Shown: positions 20,194-30,829, counted from the stretch's first letter. The stretch: DNA of 64,000 bases from an uncultured Lachnospiraceae bacterium (GCA_947650005.1 CANSTU010000009.1:4743-68742); one strand, 5' to 3'. Program-made: numbers and translations. Notes: generated by a model from the letters alone, not told the origin.

Positions 20194-20227
20194 AACCGGC
20201 TGCTGGTTGTTGTACCAGCAGCCGGTT
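20194..20227. terminator. Perfect 14-bp hairpin between convergent genes (bidirectional terminator candidate)
   Basis: AACCGGCTGCTGGT-tgttgt-ACCAGCAGCCGGTT, immediately after the GyrI-like stop codon. Confidence 0.7.
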
Positions 20228-20229
20228 AG

Positions 20230-20517
20230 CTATTCCACATAAATCTCTTTGCCGCTCTGACTAACACTCCAATCAGGATCATGAATCCTTGATTCCACGT
20301 TAATCCCTTCATGCTGCGTTCTGTGCGGCAGCACGATGAGAAATCTCGGATGCGATTTCTCATCTGTGATTCCGTTTGGGCCGCCTACGGCTCTAATTCC
20401 GTATGAGAACCTTCCTGCCCGTTTTAACGGGTGTAAATTCACGTTTAAGAATGGTTGAATGCCATGTTGAAACCTATTTTCTTTTGTTGAGATAAATGGC
20501 TGCTGCTCCGCATGCAA
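20230..20517 (-). CDS. Orphan small ORF (95 codons, TTG start), possibly a gene fragment
   Basis: Seen only as a track ORF. It has no ATG and no clear RBS, and its 5' end overlaps the 3' end of the upstream gene by 44 nt. I do not recognise the sequence (GPNGITDEKSHPRFLIVLPHRTQHEG). Confidence 0.25.
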   Translation of the reverse strand: MHAEQQPFISTKENRFQHGIQPFLNVNLHPLKRAGRFSYGIRAVGGPNGITDEKSHPRFLIVLPHRTQHEGINVESRIHDPDWSVSQSGKEIYVE

Positions 20518-21376
20518 TTCCGCCCATGATCAGCGGCAGAGCAGACACGCTCCCGTTCTTCGTGATCGTATACAACACCATACAGGCCGCAGCGGCCACG
20601 AGCATGATGATTCCGCATGCTTTTCCCACAATCTTATTGTTCTTTTTTCCCTCTTCCGAATTTTCCCAGCTGTTGTCAGCATTGTATCCTTCCACATTAT
20701 ATTTCATCGCCTGCAACGCTGCATAGACAATGGGCATTGTCCCTATCGCCACAATCCCGAAGAACAACACGATGATCAGCCCTTCTCCCCTCTCGTTTTC
20801 AGGCCATACCGTACTAAGGGCTGCCATAACTATCAGGGCCATGATCAAGATTCCTACGCCTGTAATCATGTAAGATACATATTTCCTATGGAAGCCTTCC
20901 TTCTGTTCTTCCGTATAAAAGGGTTCCACATAGGGATGCTTTTTTCGGAAATAGGAGCTGTCCATCCCAATCCGGATCCATAGGAGGGAGCCGACCAGGG
21001 CAAACAGCAAAAATAAGACTCCGCTCTCCCCCCAAAAAGAAAGGTTAGTGGCCTCGCCAACCCCCTGCGCCGCAAAAGCCAGGATACAGATACCCGTGGC
21101 CACTGTTCCCATGCGCGCCACCCAATCGCCGTGTCTCTCATATGCTTTAGCCTCGTCCTGATTCGTATGCTGTATACTGCCCTTCAGCAGGGCATCCATA
21201 CTGCACCCGAACAATTCCGTTAACTGGATCATCTTTTCCATTTCCGGAAAGCTCACTCCGGATTCCCATTTTGAGATTGTTTGCCTTGATACTTCCATCC
21301 GCTCCGCCAGCTGTTCCTGCGTCATCCCGCTTTTCTCACGCAGCGCCTTCAAGTTCTCTGCTAAATTCATCTTCAT
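20474..21376 (-). CDS. XRE-family HTH domain fused to a multi-pass membrane domain
   Basis: HTH: LREKSGMTQEQLAERMEVSRQTISKWESGVSFPE. Four or five hydrophobic helices follow. Confidence 0.8.
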   Translation of the reverse strand: MKMNLAENLKALREKSGMTQEQLAERMEVSRQTISKWESGVSFPEMEKMIQLTELFGCSMDALLKGSIQHTNQDEAKAYERHGDWVARMGTVATGICILAFAAQGVGEATNLSFWGESGVLFLLFALVGSLLWIRIGMDSSYFRKKHPYVEPFYTEEQKEGFHRKYVSYMITGVGILIMALIVMAALSTVWPENERGEGLIIVLFFGIVAIGTMPIVYAALQAMKYNVEGYNADNSWENSEEGKKNNKIVGKACGIIMLVAAAACMVLYTITKNGSVSALPLIMGGIACGAAAIYLNKRK

Positions 21377-21569
21377 TTGATACTCCCTTCTGTCTGTTCT
21401 GTCTGCCTTGGGCTTCGCCTTGGCATTTGTTCGGTCTTATCATAAGGGCGCATCGTGCAAACTTACACCAATTTCACGTTGCTTTTTCCTAATTTCCATG
21501 TCACTTTTAGGGTGCGAGACGTAAACTTAGGAAGAAATGCCGCAATTAGGCGGCCAAAACATCATTATT

Positions 21570-22529
21570 TTATGGATTCAAGGCATTCCTCATCCCACCG
21601 CCCAGAAAGCTTTCTATATTCAGACAGGTTTCCGTCACCAGGCGGGTTCTTGCCTCTATGCCTGCCCAGGCCATATGCGGCGTGATCAAAAGTTTCGTGC
21701 TGTCCTGTATTCTCAGAAGCGGATGATCTAAAGCCAGGGGTTCCTGACATAGTACATCAATCCCCGCCGCCATGATTAGATTTTCTTTCAGCGCTGTATA
21801 TAGATCTTCTTCTTTCACCACGGCCCCCCTCGCCACATTGACGAGCACCGCCGTCCTCTTCATCTTCCTAAATGCATCCAGATTCATCAGCCCGCGGGTC
21901 TTTTCGCTCAAAGGACAATGCAGGGTAAGAATATCCGACTGCCTTAGCAGCGCATCAAATTCCACCTGTTCATATCCCATTTTCCCGGGCGACCCCGAAA
22001 TGGAATGAGTAATTACCCGGCAGCCAAAGGCTTCCGCAATGGAAGCTACTCGGCTTCCTATATTACCCATACCAATAATTCCCCATGTTTTTCCGTCCAG
22101 TTCCTGGAAAGGCATTCCAAAATGGGAAAAACGAAGCTGAGAGCTGTATGCGCCGCTTTTCACGTACGAATCATAATAGGGCAGCTTCTCCAGAAGATAC
22201 AGTACACAGGCCACGGTGTGCTGCGCCACCACCGCCGTGGAATAGTTTACCACATTTGCAACCCGGATTCCCCTATTTGTACAATACGCTAAATCAATAT
22301 TATCATAACCCGTGGCAAACTCGCAAATCAGTTTTACCCGGGAAGCTTTATTCAGGATGCGCTCATTCATAGGCGTCTTATTCACCACGATGATATCCGC
22401 GTCCTTCACCCGTTCCGGCGCTTCTTCGTCCTTGGTGGTCAGGTAGGCTTCCACCTCGCCATACTTTTCCAACGGCTCAATGGATACGTCCTCCCCCACA
22501 CTGCTCCTGTCCAGTACTACTATTTTCAT
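21570..22529 (-). CDS. D-isomer-specific 2-hydroxyacid dehydrogenase (glycerate/hydroxypyruvate reductase-like)
   Basis: 319 aa. NAD-binding WGIIGMGNIGSRVA; the NVARGAVV and ITPHMAWA catalytic-region motifs are present. Confidence 0.85.
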   Translation of the reverse strand: MKIVVLDRSSVGEDVSIEPLEKYGEVEAYLTTKDEEAPERVKDADIIVVNKTPMNERILNKASRVKLICEFATGYDNIDLAYCTNRGIRVANVVNYSTAVVAQHTVACVLYLLEKLPYYDSYVKSGAYSSQLRFSHFGMPFQELDGKTWGIIGMGNIGSRVASIAEAFGCRVITHSISGSPGKMGYEQVEFDALLRQSDILTLHCPLSEKTRGLMNLDAFRKMKRTAVLVNVARGAVVKEEDLYTALKENLIMAAGIDVLCQEPLALDHPLLRIQDSTKLLITPHMAWAGIEARTRLVTETCLNIESFLGGGMRNALNP

Positions 22530-22804
22530 GTCAACCTTCCTGCCCTTTGGGCGGCATACATTTTGGGTTATAAATATATCTCCATTTTATAACCTGATCT
22601 CCCGTTTCCATCTCTCTGCCTTCCTGGGCCGTTCTAGAGACATGGCATCGAAAGCCTGCAACAACCTTTATGATGGAAAATACCGGATATATCCGCGCTT
22701 TCGCCCAGGTATATCCGGCATAATTTTCCATGAAACGTAATCTTTAACTTCCAACAATGCCTGCAACGGCCTTTCCGCAGACATTATTTATGATACCTTG
22801 CACT

Positions 22805-25195
22805 TTATCCCTGTGCACCGATCAGTTCGGTAAGGCACTTCACCAAATCTTCGGATAATCCCATGGTCTGCAGCCGTCCAACGATCACGAGTGGAGATTT
22901 TTTGCTGCTTACCAGCTCATAAATCGCAGTCTTATCGTCAAACCGCATTTCCGCCTGATCCAGGAAAGCATACACTTTACCCGCCACATCATTTTGTGCG
23001 AGCTTCAACGGCTCTACAAAAGTCAGAACCGCTTCCTGGGTGACCGCCATCTCGGGAAGTTCTACATAAAGACAATGTGTTTCGGCGTCATAATCCGTCT
23101 TGACCGCCGTCTCTTTTCCTCCGATTTTGCATACCACCTCGTTCTTGGTGCAGCCAACCAGTTCTACCCTGTAGCTTCTCTTTTCAGGAATCAGCTCCAT
23201 ATGTCCCTGCGCCGGATGGATCGTGATCTGCCCTCCGCCTTCCCACTTCAGTTCGATTTCCGTGGTAACGCAGATTCCCTTTTCATAATCGCAGGTCTCA
23301 TTGTCATCCTCGTAGAGTACAAAGCTGCCGTCCGCCCCAGCAAACATCCGAAGCGTAAGTTGAGCCGGATTGGTTTCCACGCTCACCGCATCCGTACTAT
23401 CCTGCATAGGCACGATGCCGCCTGCCTTTGCCAGTACGGGCAGGCTGTTGATTCCACGATACATATCCATCATGCGGCCGCCCTCATAGACCATACCGCT
23501 GAAGAAATCGATATAAGTCCCTTCCGGAAGCCACACTGTTTCCTTCGCCCGATTCAATCCTGCTATACGCGGGGAGGTGATGGGCGCAACGATCAGTTCG
23601 GATCCAAAATAGTACTCATTGGGCACACGGTAAGCGTCCCAATTCCTGGGATCATAATAGTACATGGGCAGGATCAACGGAATATCCTCCGCATGGGCTC
23701 TATGGTTCATGGTATACAGATAGGGAACCAGCTTATGGCGAAGAATAAGGAAATCGTCCATCATGGCATGGATTTCCGGTTTGAAACGCCACGGCTCCTT
23801 TCCGTTGAATTCATTCTTGGTGCTGTGAAGCCTGTTGATGGGAGAGAATACTCCTAACTGGAACCAACGCCCTTCCAGTTCGTCATCCTTATAACCCATC
23901 ATATGGCCGCCGATGTCATGACTCCACCAGCCATACCCGATATTGGATGCCGTGCTGGTGAAATAGGGCTGGAACTTCAAAGACTCCCAGGTCACCACAG
24001 TGTCGCCGGAAAAGCCCACCGGATACCTGTGGGAACCAGGTCCTGCGTATCTGGAGAAAGTCATGGGACGTTTTCCGTTTCTCGCGCTGTCCAGGAAATG
24101 GAAGTGGTTCAGCATCCACAGCGGATCCAACCCTTCCATCTTGGTTACGCCGCCCTGCTGCCAATCCAGCCACCAGAAATCCACGCCCTTTTCCTCATTG
24201 GGATGGTGCGCATATTTAAAGTAGGCGGACAGGAACGCGGGATCCGTAATGTCAAAGGCCACCGGTTCTTCTTTGGATATGTCCCTGCCCAGTTCCTTTG
24301 CCATGGCTTCGTACATCTCTTCATAAGCCCGCACGCCATCCGCAGGATGCACATTCAGCGTAATGCGCATTCCTCTCTCGTGAAGCGCGTCCATAAACCG
24401 TTTCGGATCCGGGAAGAAATCCTTATTCCAGGTGTAGCCCGTCCAGCCCGTTCCGTACTTGGGATCGATATTCACCAGATGCCAATCCATATCGATAACT
24501 GCCACGGTGAAAGGGATCCCCTCTTCATCAAACCGATGCATCAGCTCCAGATAACTTTCCTCGGTATATTCATAGTAGCGGCTCCACCAGTTACCCAATG
24601 CAAACCGGGGAAGCATAGGTGTTTTACCGCACAGATAATAGAAATCCTTCAGGCATTCCAAATAGTCCACTCCGTAGCCCCAGAAATAAATATCCTGTAC
24701 GCCTTTCTTACGGGGCGCTACCCATCCTTCCTCTGTCAAAGTCAGGGAAGCAGAATCATCCAAAACGGCAAATCCCTCCCTGGATATCACACCGCCTCCC
24801 AGCTCACAGGCACCGTCCACTCCATCCAGCGTTCTTGCCGTTCCCTTCAGATCATGGGTTTCCTCTCCGAAATACCAGGTGCTACGCCAACCGCCTCCGT
24901 TTCCGGTCATCTGAATCATCAATCCTCTTGGATCGAATTCCTTCTTGTTATATGTAATCCTCATACGCCAGGTAACGATCTCCAGCTCTTCTTCCGTTTC
25001 CTTTACCTGGTAATCCGTCGCGGGAAAATCCCGATTCAATACCGTCTGGGTGGCCCTGTCCTCAAAAATACCGTCTTCACAGTATTCTAGACGTACCAGG
25101 CCGGCCGTAAGCATGGTAATACGATACTTGTCCCCTTTGATTACATTCTCCTGCCTTGCAACCGGCTTTGCCGGAAGCTTATACATTTCCTGCAT
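22805..25195 (-). CDS. Glycoside hydrolase family 31 enzyme
   Basis: I start it at MQEMYKL (ATG 25195, with GGAGGA 7 nt upstream). 796 aa. The (beta/alpha)8 core carries KDFFPDPKRFMDALHERGMRITLNVHP, GVDFWWLDWQQGG and YPVGFSGDT. Confidence 0.8.
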   Translation of the reverse strand: MQEMYKLPAKPVARQENVIKGDKYRITMLTAGLVRLEYCEDGIFEDRATQTVLNRDFPATDYQVKETEEELEIVTWRMRITYNKKEFDPRGLMIQMTGNGGGWRSTWYFGEETHDLKGTARTLDGVDGACELGGGVISREGFAVLDDSASLTLTEEGWVAPRKKGVQDIYFWGYGVDYLECLKDFYYLCGKTPMLPRFALGNWWSRYYEYTEESYLELMHRFDEEGIPFTVAVIDMDWHLVNIDPKYGTGWTGYTWNKDFFPDPKRFMDALHERGMRITLNVHPADGVRAYEEMYEAMAKELGRDISKEEPVAFDITDPAFLSAYFKYAHHPNEEKGVDFWWLDWQQGGVTKMEGLDPLWMLNHFHFLDSARNGKRPMTFSRYAGPGSHRYPVGFSGDTVVTWESLKFQPYFTSTASNIGYGWWSHDIGGHMMGYKDDELEGRWFQLGVFSPINRLHSTKNEFNGKEPWRFKPEIHAMMDDFLILRHKLVPYLYTMNHRAHAEDIPLILPMYYYDPRNWDAYRVPNEYYFGSELIVAPITSPRIAGLNRAKETVWLPEGTYIDFFSGMVYEGGRMMDMYRGINSLPVLAKAGGIVPMQDSTDAVSVETNPAQLTLRMFAGADGSFVLYEDDNETCDYEKGICVTTEIELKWEGGGQITIHPAQGHMELIPEKRSYRVELVGCTKNEVVCKIGGKETAVKTDYDAETHCLYVELPEMAVTQEAVLTFVEPLKLAQNDVAGKVYAFLDQAEMRFDDKTAIYELVSSKKSPLVIVGRLQTMGLSEDLVKCLTELIGAQG

Positions 25196-25357
25196 ACCTG
25201 TTCCTCCACAATCCATTTTGTTTTCCATCTGCCTGCCCGCAGGACAGGCCTAGCTATATTTTCCATTATACCCGTAATATAGGGGAAATTCCAGTATAAT
25301 TCTATTCTAAACTAACACAATCCTATGATTTCTTTTCGTTATTTTTGCAAGGAAGAC

Positions 25358-25392
25358 AAAAAAGTCCCACAGGCCTCTTTTGCCTGCAGGAC
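25358..25392 (-). terminator. Rho-independent terminator candidate downstream of pgi
   Basis: On the minus strand: GUCCUGCAGG-caaaagagg-CCUGUGGGAC (10 bp including two G-U pairs) followed by UUUUUU. It lies about 150 nt after the pgi stop. Confidence 0.5.
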
Positions 25393-25542
25393 GGAAGGGG
25401 CCCTGATGGAAGCAACCATAATCTGAAGTAGCCATATTGGACGAAGGGGCAACAAGGACTTCTCACATATGTCATATATTGTGGCCGAAGAAGGGCTGAT
25501 ATAGTGCTCTTCCCCGGCCGCTTAGCCCATCGGGCTCTAAGA

Positions 25543-26889
25543 TTACAGTCTCTTCAGAAGTTCTTCCCTTTGCGCCTCATAACCAGGCTTCCCAAGGAGG
25601 GCGAACATGTTCTTCTTGTAGCTCTCCACACCGGGCTGATTGAACGGATTTACACCCAACAGATACCCGCTTACTCCGCAGGCAAACTCAAAGAAGTAGA
25701 ATAACTGGCCCAGATAGTATTCACTCACTTCCGGAACGTGAACCATCAGATTGGGAACCTGGCCGTCTGTATGGGCAAGGATGGTTCCGTTCATAGCGCT
25801 CTTGTTCACAAAATCCACGCTCTTTCCAGCCAGATAATTCAGACCGTCCAGATCCACGCGCTCTTCCCCTATGATGATTTCTTCTCGGGAAGCCTCCACA
25901 TCGATCACCGTCTCAAACATGATACGAGCACCGTCCTGGATAAACTGACCCATGGAATGCAAATCCGTTGTCAAATCCACGCTGGCCGGGAAAATACCCT
26001 TCTGATCCTTTCCTTCGCTCTCCCCATAAAGCTGCTTCCACCACTCGGATACATAGTGTACACTAGGCTCGTAGTTGGCAAGGATCTCAACGTTCTTCCC
26101 TTTCTTTAAAAGGATGTTTCGGATTGCCGCATACTGCAAAGCGTCGTTTTCTTCAAAATCTGCCTCCAGCGCCAGCTTTCTTCCCGCCGCTGCGCCTTCC
26201 ATCAGCTTGTCAATATTCGCGCCGCTCACAGCAATGGGAAGCAAGCCCACTGCCGTCAGAACGGAGAAACGTCCTCCCACATCATCCGGAACCACAAAGC
26301 TCTCATATCCCTCTTCCGTGGCCAGTCCCTTCAGCGAGCCCTTTGCGCGGTCCGTCGTTGCATAAATTCTCTTCGCTGCGCCCTCTTTTCCGTATTTCTT
26401 CTCCATCAGTTCCTTGAATACGCGGAATGCGATGGCCGGCTCTGTCGTTGTGCCGGATTTAGAAATCATATTGATAGAGAAGTCCCTATCTGCGATTACG
26501 TCAATCAAATGCCTGATATAAGTAGAGCTAATGGAATTGCCCACGAAATAAATCTCCGGCGTTTTCCGGACTTCTTTATCCACACAGTTATAGAAGCTGT
26601 GCCGTAAAAATTCAATCGCTGCCCTTGCCCCCAGATAAGAACCGCCAATACCGATCACAAGCAATACCTCGGAATCGCTCTGAATCCTGGCCGCAGCCGC
26701 CTTGATCCTTGCGAACTCTTCCTTATCATAATCCACCGGCAGATCAATCCAACCCAAAAAGTCGTTTCCAGCCCCTGTTTTGGACACCAGAACCTCCCTG
26801 GCGTCACATACGGGCTTCTTCATGAAATCAACCTCATGTGCACCGATAAAAGATGCCGCTTTTGAATAATCAAAGGTTACCTTGCTCAT
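25543..26889 (-). CDS. pgi: Glucose-6-phosphate isomerase
   Basis: The conserved sequence starts at [14 protein letters not shown] (ATG is the complement of 26887-26889), giving 448 aa. [13 protein letters not shown] and [12 protein letters not shown] signatures are present. The track's 573-aa version carries a non-homologous extension. Confidence 0.9.
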   Translation of the reverse strand: MSKVTFDYSKAASFIGAHEVDFMKKPVCDAREVLVSKTGAGNDFLGWIDLPVDYDKEEFARIKAAAARIQSDSEVLLVIGIGGSYLGARAAIEFLRHSFYNCVDKEVRKTPEIYFVGNSISSTYIRHLIDVIADRDFSINMISKSGTTTEPAIAFRVFKELMEKKYGKEGAAKRIYATTDRAKGSLKGLATEEGYESFVVPDDVGGRFSVLTAVGLLPIAVSGANIDKLMEGAAAGRKLALEADFEENDALQYAAIRNILLKKGKNVEILANYEPSVHYVSEWWKQLYGESEGKDQKGIFPASVDLTTDLHSMGQFIQDGARIMFETVIDVEASREEIIIGEERVDLDGLNYLAGKSVDFVNKSAMNGTILAHTDGQVPNLMVHVPEVSEYYLGQLFYFFEFACGVSGYLLGVNPFNQPGVESYKKNMFALLGKPGYEAQREELLKRL

Positions 26890-27043
26890 CACTTTTCCTC
26901 CAATTCCGCCGTCTATACGGCATACAAATAGGTATGAATCTGTTTTCAGTGTAGCAAAGTTGTCCTCTCTTTTCAAGAGTTTTATCATACTCCTTATACA
27001 ACGCGCAACAGAGTGATTAACCTGGCAGGAGTTGTACGTATCC

Positions 27044-28039
27044 TTATGCGAAGAATTCCCGCAAAAGCTCCTCCAGCTCTTTTTCCTGTTTTCTGGTAAA
27101 GATCTGCTCCTCCATCCGCTCTTGTACAAATCCCGCATCCGCATCTTCCAGTCCGATTTCCATCTCCCGTATTCCGTCCGTTTCTTCCTTGATAGCCGCT
27201 CCGGTCTGCAGAACTTCTTCCTCTTCCCATGATCCCTGGGCGATCCGGCTTTTCCTTCCTTCATGCGCCTTAGCCAATCCCGCTGCTTCTTCCGATTCTT
27301 CCAGGACGGCCAGCCTAGCTGCCATATGATTTTCCAAGAAGTCAGTAAGACTTACTTTCAGCAGTTCCCTCTTGCCGTCTAAATCCACCAGGCCTGAAAT
27401 GCTGAAGTACAGATACAGCCCAAGGAAACTCATCAAATAAAAAGGAATGATTTCCCCAAATGATTTTCCGTCAATAATCCCTTTGCATGCACCCAGCCCG
27501 GCCGTTACAATGGATAGAAGCATCAGTTGTCCCGCCAAATGGGAAATGCCATCCACGGAGAATCTGCCGATTTGCAGCCTACTCAAAAACTTGTCCACAA
27601 ATATGGAAATATTGGGAACGCCGTCATTGAGTTTATAGCAGTTACGAAACTTCACCTTACATTTTTTTAACAAACGATTCTGCGTCGTTGACATATTCTC
27701 CGCTTCCCTGATCAGTGAATTGAGAAAAATTCCTACGGTAAATCTGCATAAAATACTTGCCAATAACAATATAATTGTCATAGCTACCAGTTCTTTATTT
27801 TCCAGAAAAGAAACCATAATACCTCCGATCCGCCGCTCGTCGGCGACGCTTTTGCGCATGACCAATGTTTTTGCCACTGCTTCGTAAAAACCATGCCTAA
27901 CCTTTAGCACATCGCAGGCTTTACCTGCGAAATACCGCCAATAAAGAGTTTGAAACTTCGTTTCAAACTTGTCCCTGCTATATCTGCCATTATAGAGGTA
28001 CACCCCGCCTCCCACAATACCGGGCGGGAGACTTTTCAT
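27044..28039 (-). CDS. Hypothetical membrane protein with acidic C-terminal tail
   Basis: Long ORF with 3-4 hydrophobic helices (e.g. [54 protein letters not shown]) and a Glu-rich C-terminus. I recognise no family and the start is uncertain. Confidence 0.45.
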   Translation of the reverse strand: MKSLPPGIVGGGVYLYNGRYSRDKFETKFQTLYWRYFAGKACDVLKVRHGFYEAVAKTLVMRKSVADERRIGGIMVSFLENKELVAMTIILLLASILCRFTVGIFLNSLIREAENMSTTQNRLLKKCKVKFRNCYKLNDGVPNISIFVDKFLSRLQIGRFSVDGISHLAGQLMLLSIVTAGLGACKGIIDGKSFGEIIPFYLMSFLGLYLYFSISGLVDLDGKRELLKVSLTDFLENHMAARLAVLEESEEAAGLAKAHEGRKSRIAQGSWEEEEVLQTGAAIKEETDGIREMEIGLEDADAGFVQERMEEQIFTRKQEKELEELLREFFA

Positions 28040-28181
28040 CGTCAAATTACGCGCTTCCTTCCTGAAAAAGGGAATCTTTATGAAAATACTGGCATACTGG
28101 GGAAATTTTTGTTATAATTCGTATATTGGCCGTATATCGGCCCACAGCACGGAAAAAGTATAGATTAAAAAGACAGGAGGT

Positions 28182-28436
28182 ATGATCATGCAATACAGAA
28201 CAAAAGGAACCTGTTCCAGTGTTATCGATATTGAAATGGACGGAGACATCATTCGTTCCGTACAGTTCACAGGAGGCTGTAATGGAAATCTTCAGGGCAT
28301 TTCTCGTCTGGTAGAGGGCATGTCCGCCACGGAAGCAATTTCCCGTCTAAAGGGGATCAAATGCGGATTTAAGCCCACATCCTGCCCCGACCAGCTGGCC
28401 ACTGCACTGGAATCCATTGTCGGAACCAATTCCTGA
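28182..28436 (+). CDS. TSCPD-domain small protein (TIGR03905-like)
   Basis: 84 aa with GTCSSVIDIEMDGDIIRSVQFTGGCNGNLQGISRLVEGM...KCGFKPTSCPDQLA. An extended -10 (TGtTATAAT, 28110-28118) lies upstream. Confidence 0.8.
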   Translation: MIMQYRTKGTCSSVIDIEMDGDIIRSVQFTGGCNGNLQGISRLVEGMSATEAISRLKGIKCGFKPTSCPDQLATALESIVGTNS

Positions 28437-28460
28437 TCGATCAAGCCTGGGGGTCAATCC

Positions 28461-29564
28461 ATGTCAAAGTCAAAGAAAATAGTTCTCACAGGCGGCGGAA
28501 GCGCCGGCCATATAACGCCAAATATTGCCCTTCTTCCAAAACTGGGACAGATGGGATATGAAATTTCCTATATTGGCTCTTATCAGGGAATGGAAAAAAA
28601 GTTAATTGCGGACTACGATATTCCATACTACGGGATTTCCACCGGCAAATTCCGGCGTTATTTCGATCTGAAGAATTTTACTGATCCGTTCCGCGTGCTG
28701 AAGGGTTTTGGGGAAGCCAGACGGATCTTAAAGGATATTCGGCCCGATATCGTATTCTCCAAAGGGGGATTTGTATCCGTTCCCGTTGTCCGCGCTGCTG
28801 CTTCTCTCAAAATACCCTGCGTCATTCACGAGTCCGACATGAGCCCGGGATTGGCCAACAAGCTCTGTATCCCTGTGTCCTGCAGGGTCTGTTGTAATTT
28901 TCCGGAAACATTGCAGAGCCTTCCTTCCAGCAAAGCAGTCCTCACAGGTTCTCCTATCCGTGAAGAATTAACCAAAGGCAGCGCTGCGGCCGGCATGAAA
29001 CTGTGCCGTTTCTCTTCTGGAAAACCCATCCTCATGGTCATCGGCGGTTCCCTGGGGGCTGCCGCCATCAACCAAGTGGTTCGGGAAGCCCTTCCGCGCC
29101 TCCTGGAGGATTTCCAGATTGTCCATATTTGTGGGAACGAAAAAATTGATAACCTGCTTTTAAATCAGAACGGATATGTTCAGTTTGAATACCTTAAATC
29201 CGAATTAAAAGACGTCTTTGCCATGGCCGATGTGGTCATCTCCAGGGCGGGGGCCAACGCGATCTGCGAACTTCTGGCGCTGAGGAAACCCAATCTGCTC
29301 ATTCCCCTTTCCGTGGGAAGCCGGGGTGATCAGATCCTCAATGCCCGCTCCTTTGAAGCACAGGGATTCAGTCTGGTAATTGATGAAGATTATCTGAGCC
29401 CTGACCTCCTCGTAGAAAAGGTGCAGGAACTTTATTTCAACAGACAGACCTATATCGATACCATGAATCAGAGTCAGCAGATGAACGCTGCGAAAACCAT
29501 CGCAGAACTGCTGGACTCCATCGTGGCAGACAAGGCCATAGGAGAAGACCGTCCGAAAGCATGA
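28461..29564 (+). CDS. murG: UDP-N-acetylglucosamine--N-acetylmuramyl-(pentapeptide) pyrophosphoryl-undecaprenol GlcNAc transferase
   Basis: 367 aa. N-terminal G-loop LTGGGSAGHITPNIAL, and a C-terminal GT-B half with VISRAGANAICELLA. Confidence 0.9.
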   Translation: MSKSKKIVLTGGGSAGHITPNIALLPKLGQMGYEISYIGSYQGMEKKLIADYDIPYYGISTGKFRRYFDLKNFTDPFRVLKGFGEARRILKDIRPDIVFSKGGFVSVPVVRAAASLKIPCVIHESDMSPGLANKLCIPVSCRVCCNFPETLQSLPSSKAVLTGSPIREELTKGSAAAGMKLCRFSSGKPILMVIGGSLGAAAINQVVREALPRLLEDFQIVHICGNEKIDNLLLNQNGYVQFEYLKSELKDVFAMADVVISRAGANAICELLALRKPNLLIPLSVGSRGDQILNARSFEAQGFSLVIDEDYLSPDLLVEKVQELYFNRQTYIDTMNQSQQMNAAKTIAELLDSIVADKAIGEDRPKA

Positions 29565-29598
29565 CGGCCCTCCCCAAAGAGAAAAAAGAGGGGCTCCG

Positions 29599-29705
29599 GG
29601 ACAAACGTATGAACAGCCCGGAGAAGAGCGCCCCAGGCGGAGGCATGGCAGCTATACCATGTTCCTTCTGAGACGCTCTTCTCCGGGCTGTTCATGCGTT
29701 TGTCC
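29599..29705. repeat. 32-bp near-perfect inverted repeat with a 43-nt spacer, between convergent murG and hit
   Basis: Left arm 29599-29630 is GGACAAACGTATGAACAGCCCGGAGAAGAGCG. Right arm 29674-29705 is its reverse complement with one mismatch (a G-U pair in RNA). The spacer contains a nested CATGG-n8-CCATG hairpin. Confidence 0.85.
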
Positions 29706-29719
29706 TGAAGGAGCGCAAC

Positions 29720-30136
29720 CTATCCGCAGATCGTCTTTCTGATTTCTTTGAGTTCCTCCGGTTCCGGTTTGCCCGGCTCCCAGCCGATCTTAATCTTTTG
29801 CCCATCTTCGTCGTATCGTGGGATCAGGTGCATATGGAAGTGCCGAACCGTCTGTCCTGCGCTTTCCCCATTGTTCTGAACCAAGTTGAAACCGCTGCAG
29901 CCCAATTTTTCCGTCATTTTTATGGCCATCATTTTTGCAAGCCGTAACACCTCGCCGCACTTTTCCTCCGGCAATTCATACAAGCTGGCATAATGATCCT
30001 TCGGAAGGATTAACGCATGTCCTCTGGTCGCAGGGCCCAGATCCAGGATCACGCGATATCCCTTGTCCTCATACAACGTTTCAGAGGGAATTTCCCCATT
30101 CGCAATCTTACAGAAAATACAGGATTCTTCTTTCAT
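29720..30136 (-). CDS. HIT-family (histidine triad) protein
   Basis: I start it at MKEESCIFCKIANGEIP (ATG 30136, with AAGGAAAGGAA upstream). Histidine triad HFHMHLIP is present. Confidence 0.85.
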   Translation of the reverse strand: MKEESCIFCKIANGEIPSETLYEDKGYRVILDLGPATRGHALILPKDHYASLYELPEEKCGEVLRLAKMMAIKMTEKLGCSGFNLVQNNGESAGQTVRHFHMHLIPRYDEDGQKIKIGWEPGKPEPEELKEIRKTICG

Positions 30137-30181
30137 CTTAACAGGTTCCTTTCCTTTTGCCGACATTTCACGCAGAACCGC

Positions 30182-30829
30182 TCAGCGTACGGTCCCGCCG
30201 GTTCCTTTCCCTGGTATCTTTCCCACATGGCACAATAAAAATGTCAGAAGGAAACCGCTAATCAGGCCGCCCAGATGTGCCGCATTATTCACCATCACAT
30301 TCTGAAAACCGGAATACAGAGAAAGAGCTATCATCAGAATCATCCGCTGTATAGAAATTTGCGCCGCCCTCCCTTTCCGGGTAACCGCCAAATACAACAG
30401 GCCGCCCACAAGGCCGAACACAGCCCCGCTTGCGCCGACAGAATCATAAAATCCCCCTGTTGACAGCTCGTATGCAGCTGACAGAAAATTGCCGCAAATC
30501 CCTGAAAATAGGAATACAAGCAGATAACGCCCCCTACCTATCGTCTTCTCCACAATTTCTCCGCCAAAATATAGAAGAATCATATTATTCATTAGATGGC
30601 CGATATCCACATGTAAAAACATCGCAGAGATCAACCGATAATATTCCCTTCCCCTTAAAAGATATGCCACGCTGAAACATCCTGCATCATAAAACTGTCT
30701 GCCCCAGAAATGGCATGCCGCAAAGACAAGGATATTTATACCCGTCAAGACTGCGCTGCACCAAGGGATTTTCTCTCTGTTTAATCCCCTATCCTGATAA
30801 CCACGCACCAAATCCATACGCACCCCCAC
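30182..30829 (-). CDS. Rhomboid-family intramembrane serine protease
   Basis: Six hydrophobic helices. Catalytic GASGAVFGL (Ser) and AHLGGLISG (His). The HxxxN-type segment HVDIGHLMNNM is also present. Confidence 0.85.
   Translation of the reverse strand: MGVRMDLVRGYQDRGLNREKIPWCSAVLTGINILVFAACHFWGRQFYDAGCFSVAYLLRGREYYRLISAMFLHVDIGHLMNNMILLYFGGEIVEKTIGRGRYLLVFLFSGICGNFLSAAYELSTGGFYDSVGASGAVFGLVGGLLYLAVTRKGRAAQISIQRMILMIALSLYSGFQNVMVNNAAHLGGLISGFLLTFLLCHVGKIPGKGTGGTVR

Noticed and set aside
26890-27264. The 573-aa version of the pgi ORF (125-aa N-terminal extension).
   Set aside because: Conserved Pgi sequence starts at [10 protein letters not shown] (26889). The extension overlaps the 3' end of the upstream membrane-protein gene in another frame.
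29599-29705. An invertible promoter (invertase target) or MITE, suggested by the 32-bp inverted repeat.
   Set aside because: The 43-nt spacer is too short to hold a promoter module typical of invertons. No invertase or transposase gene and no obvious target-site duplication lie nearby. Copy number cannot be assessed from one window.
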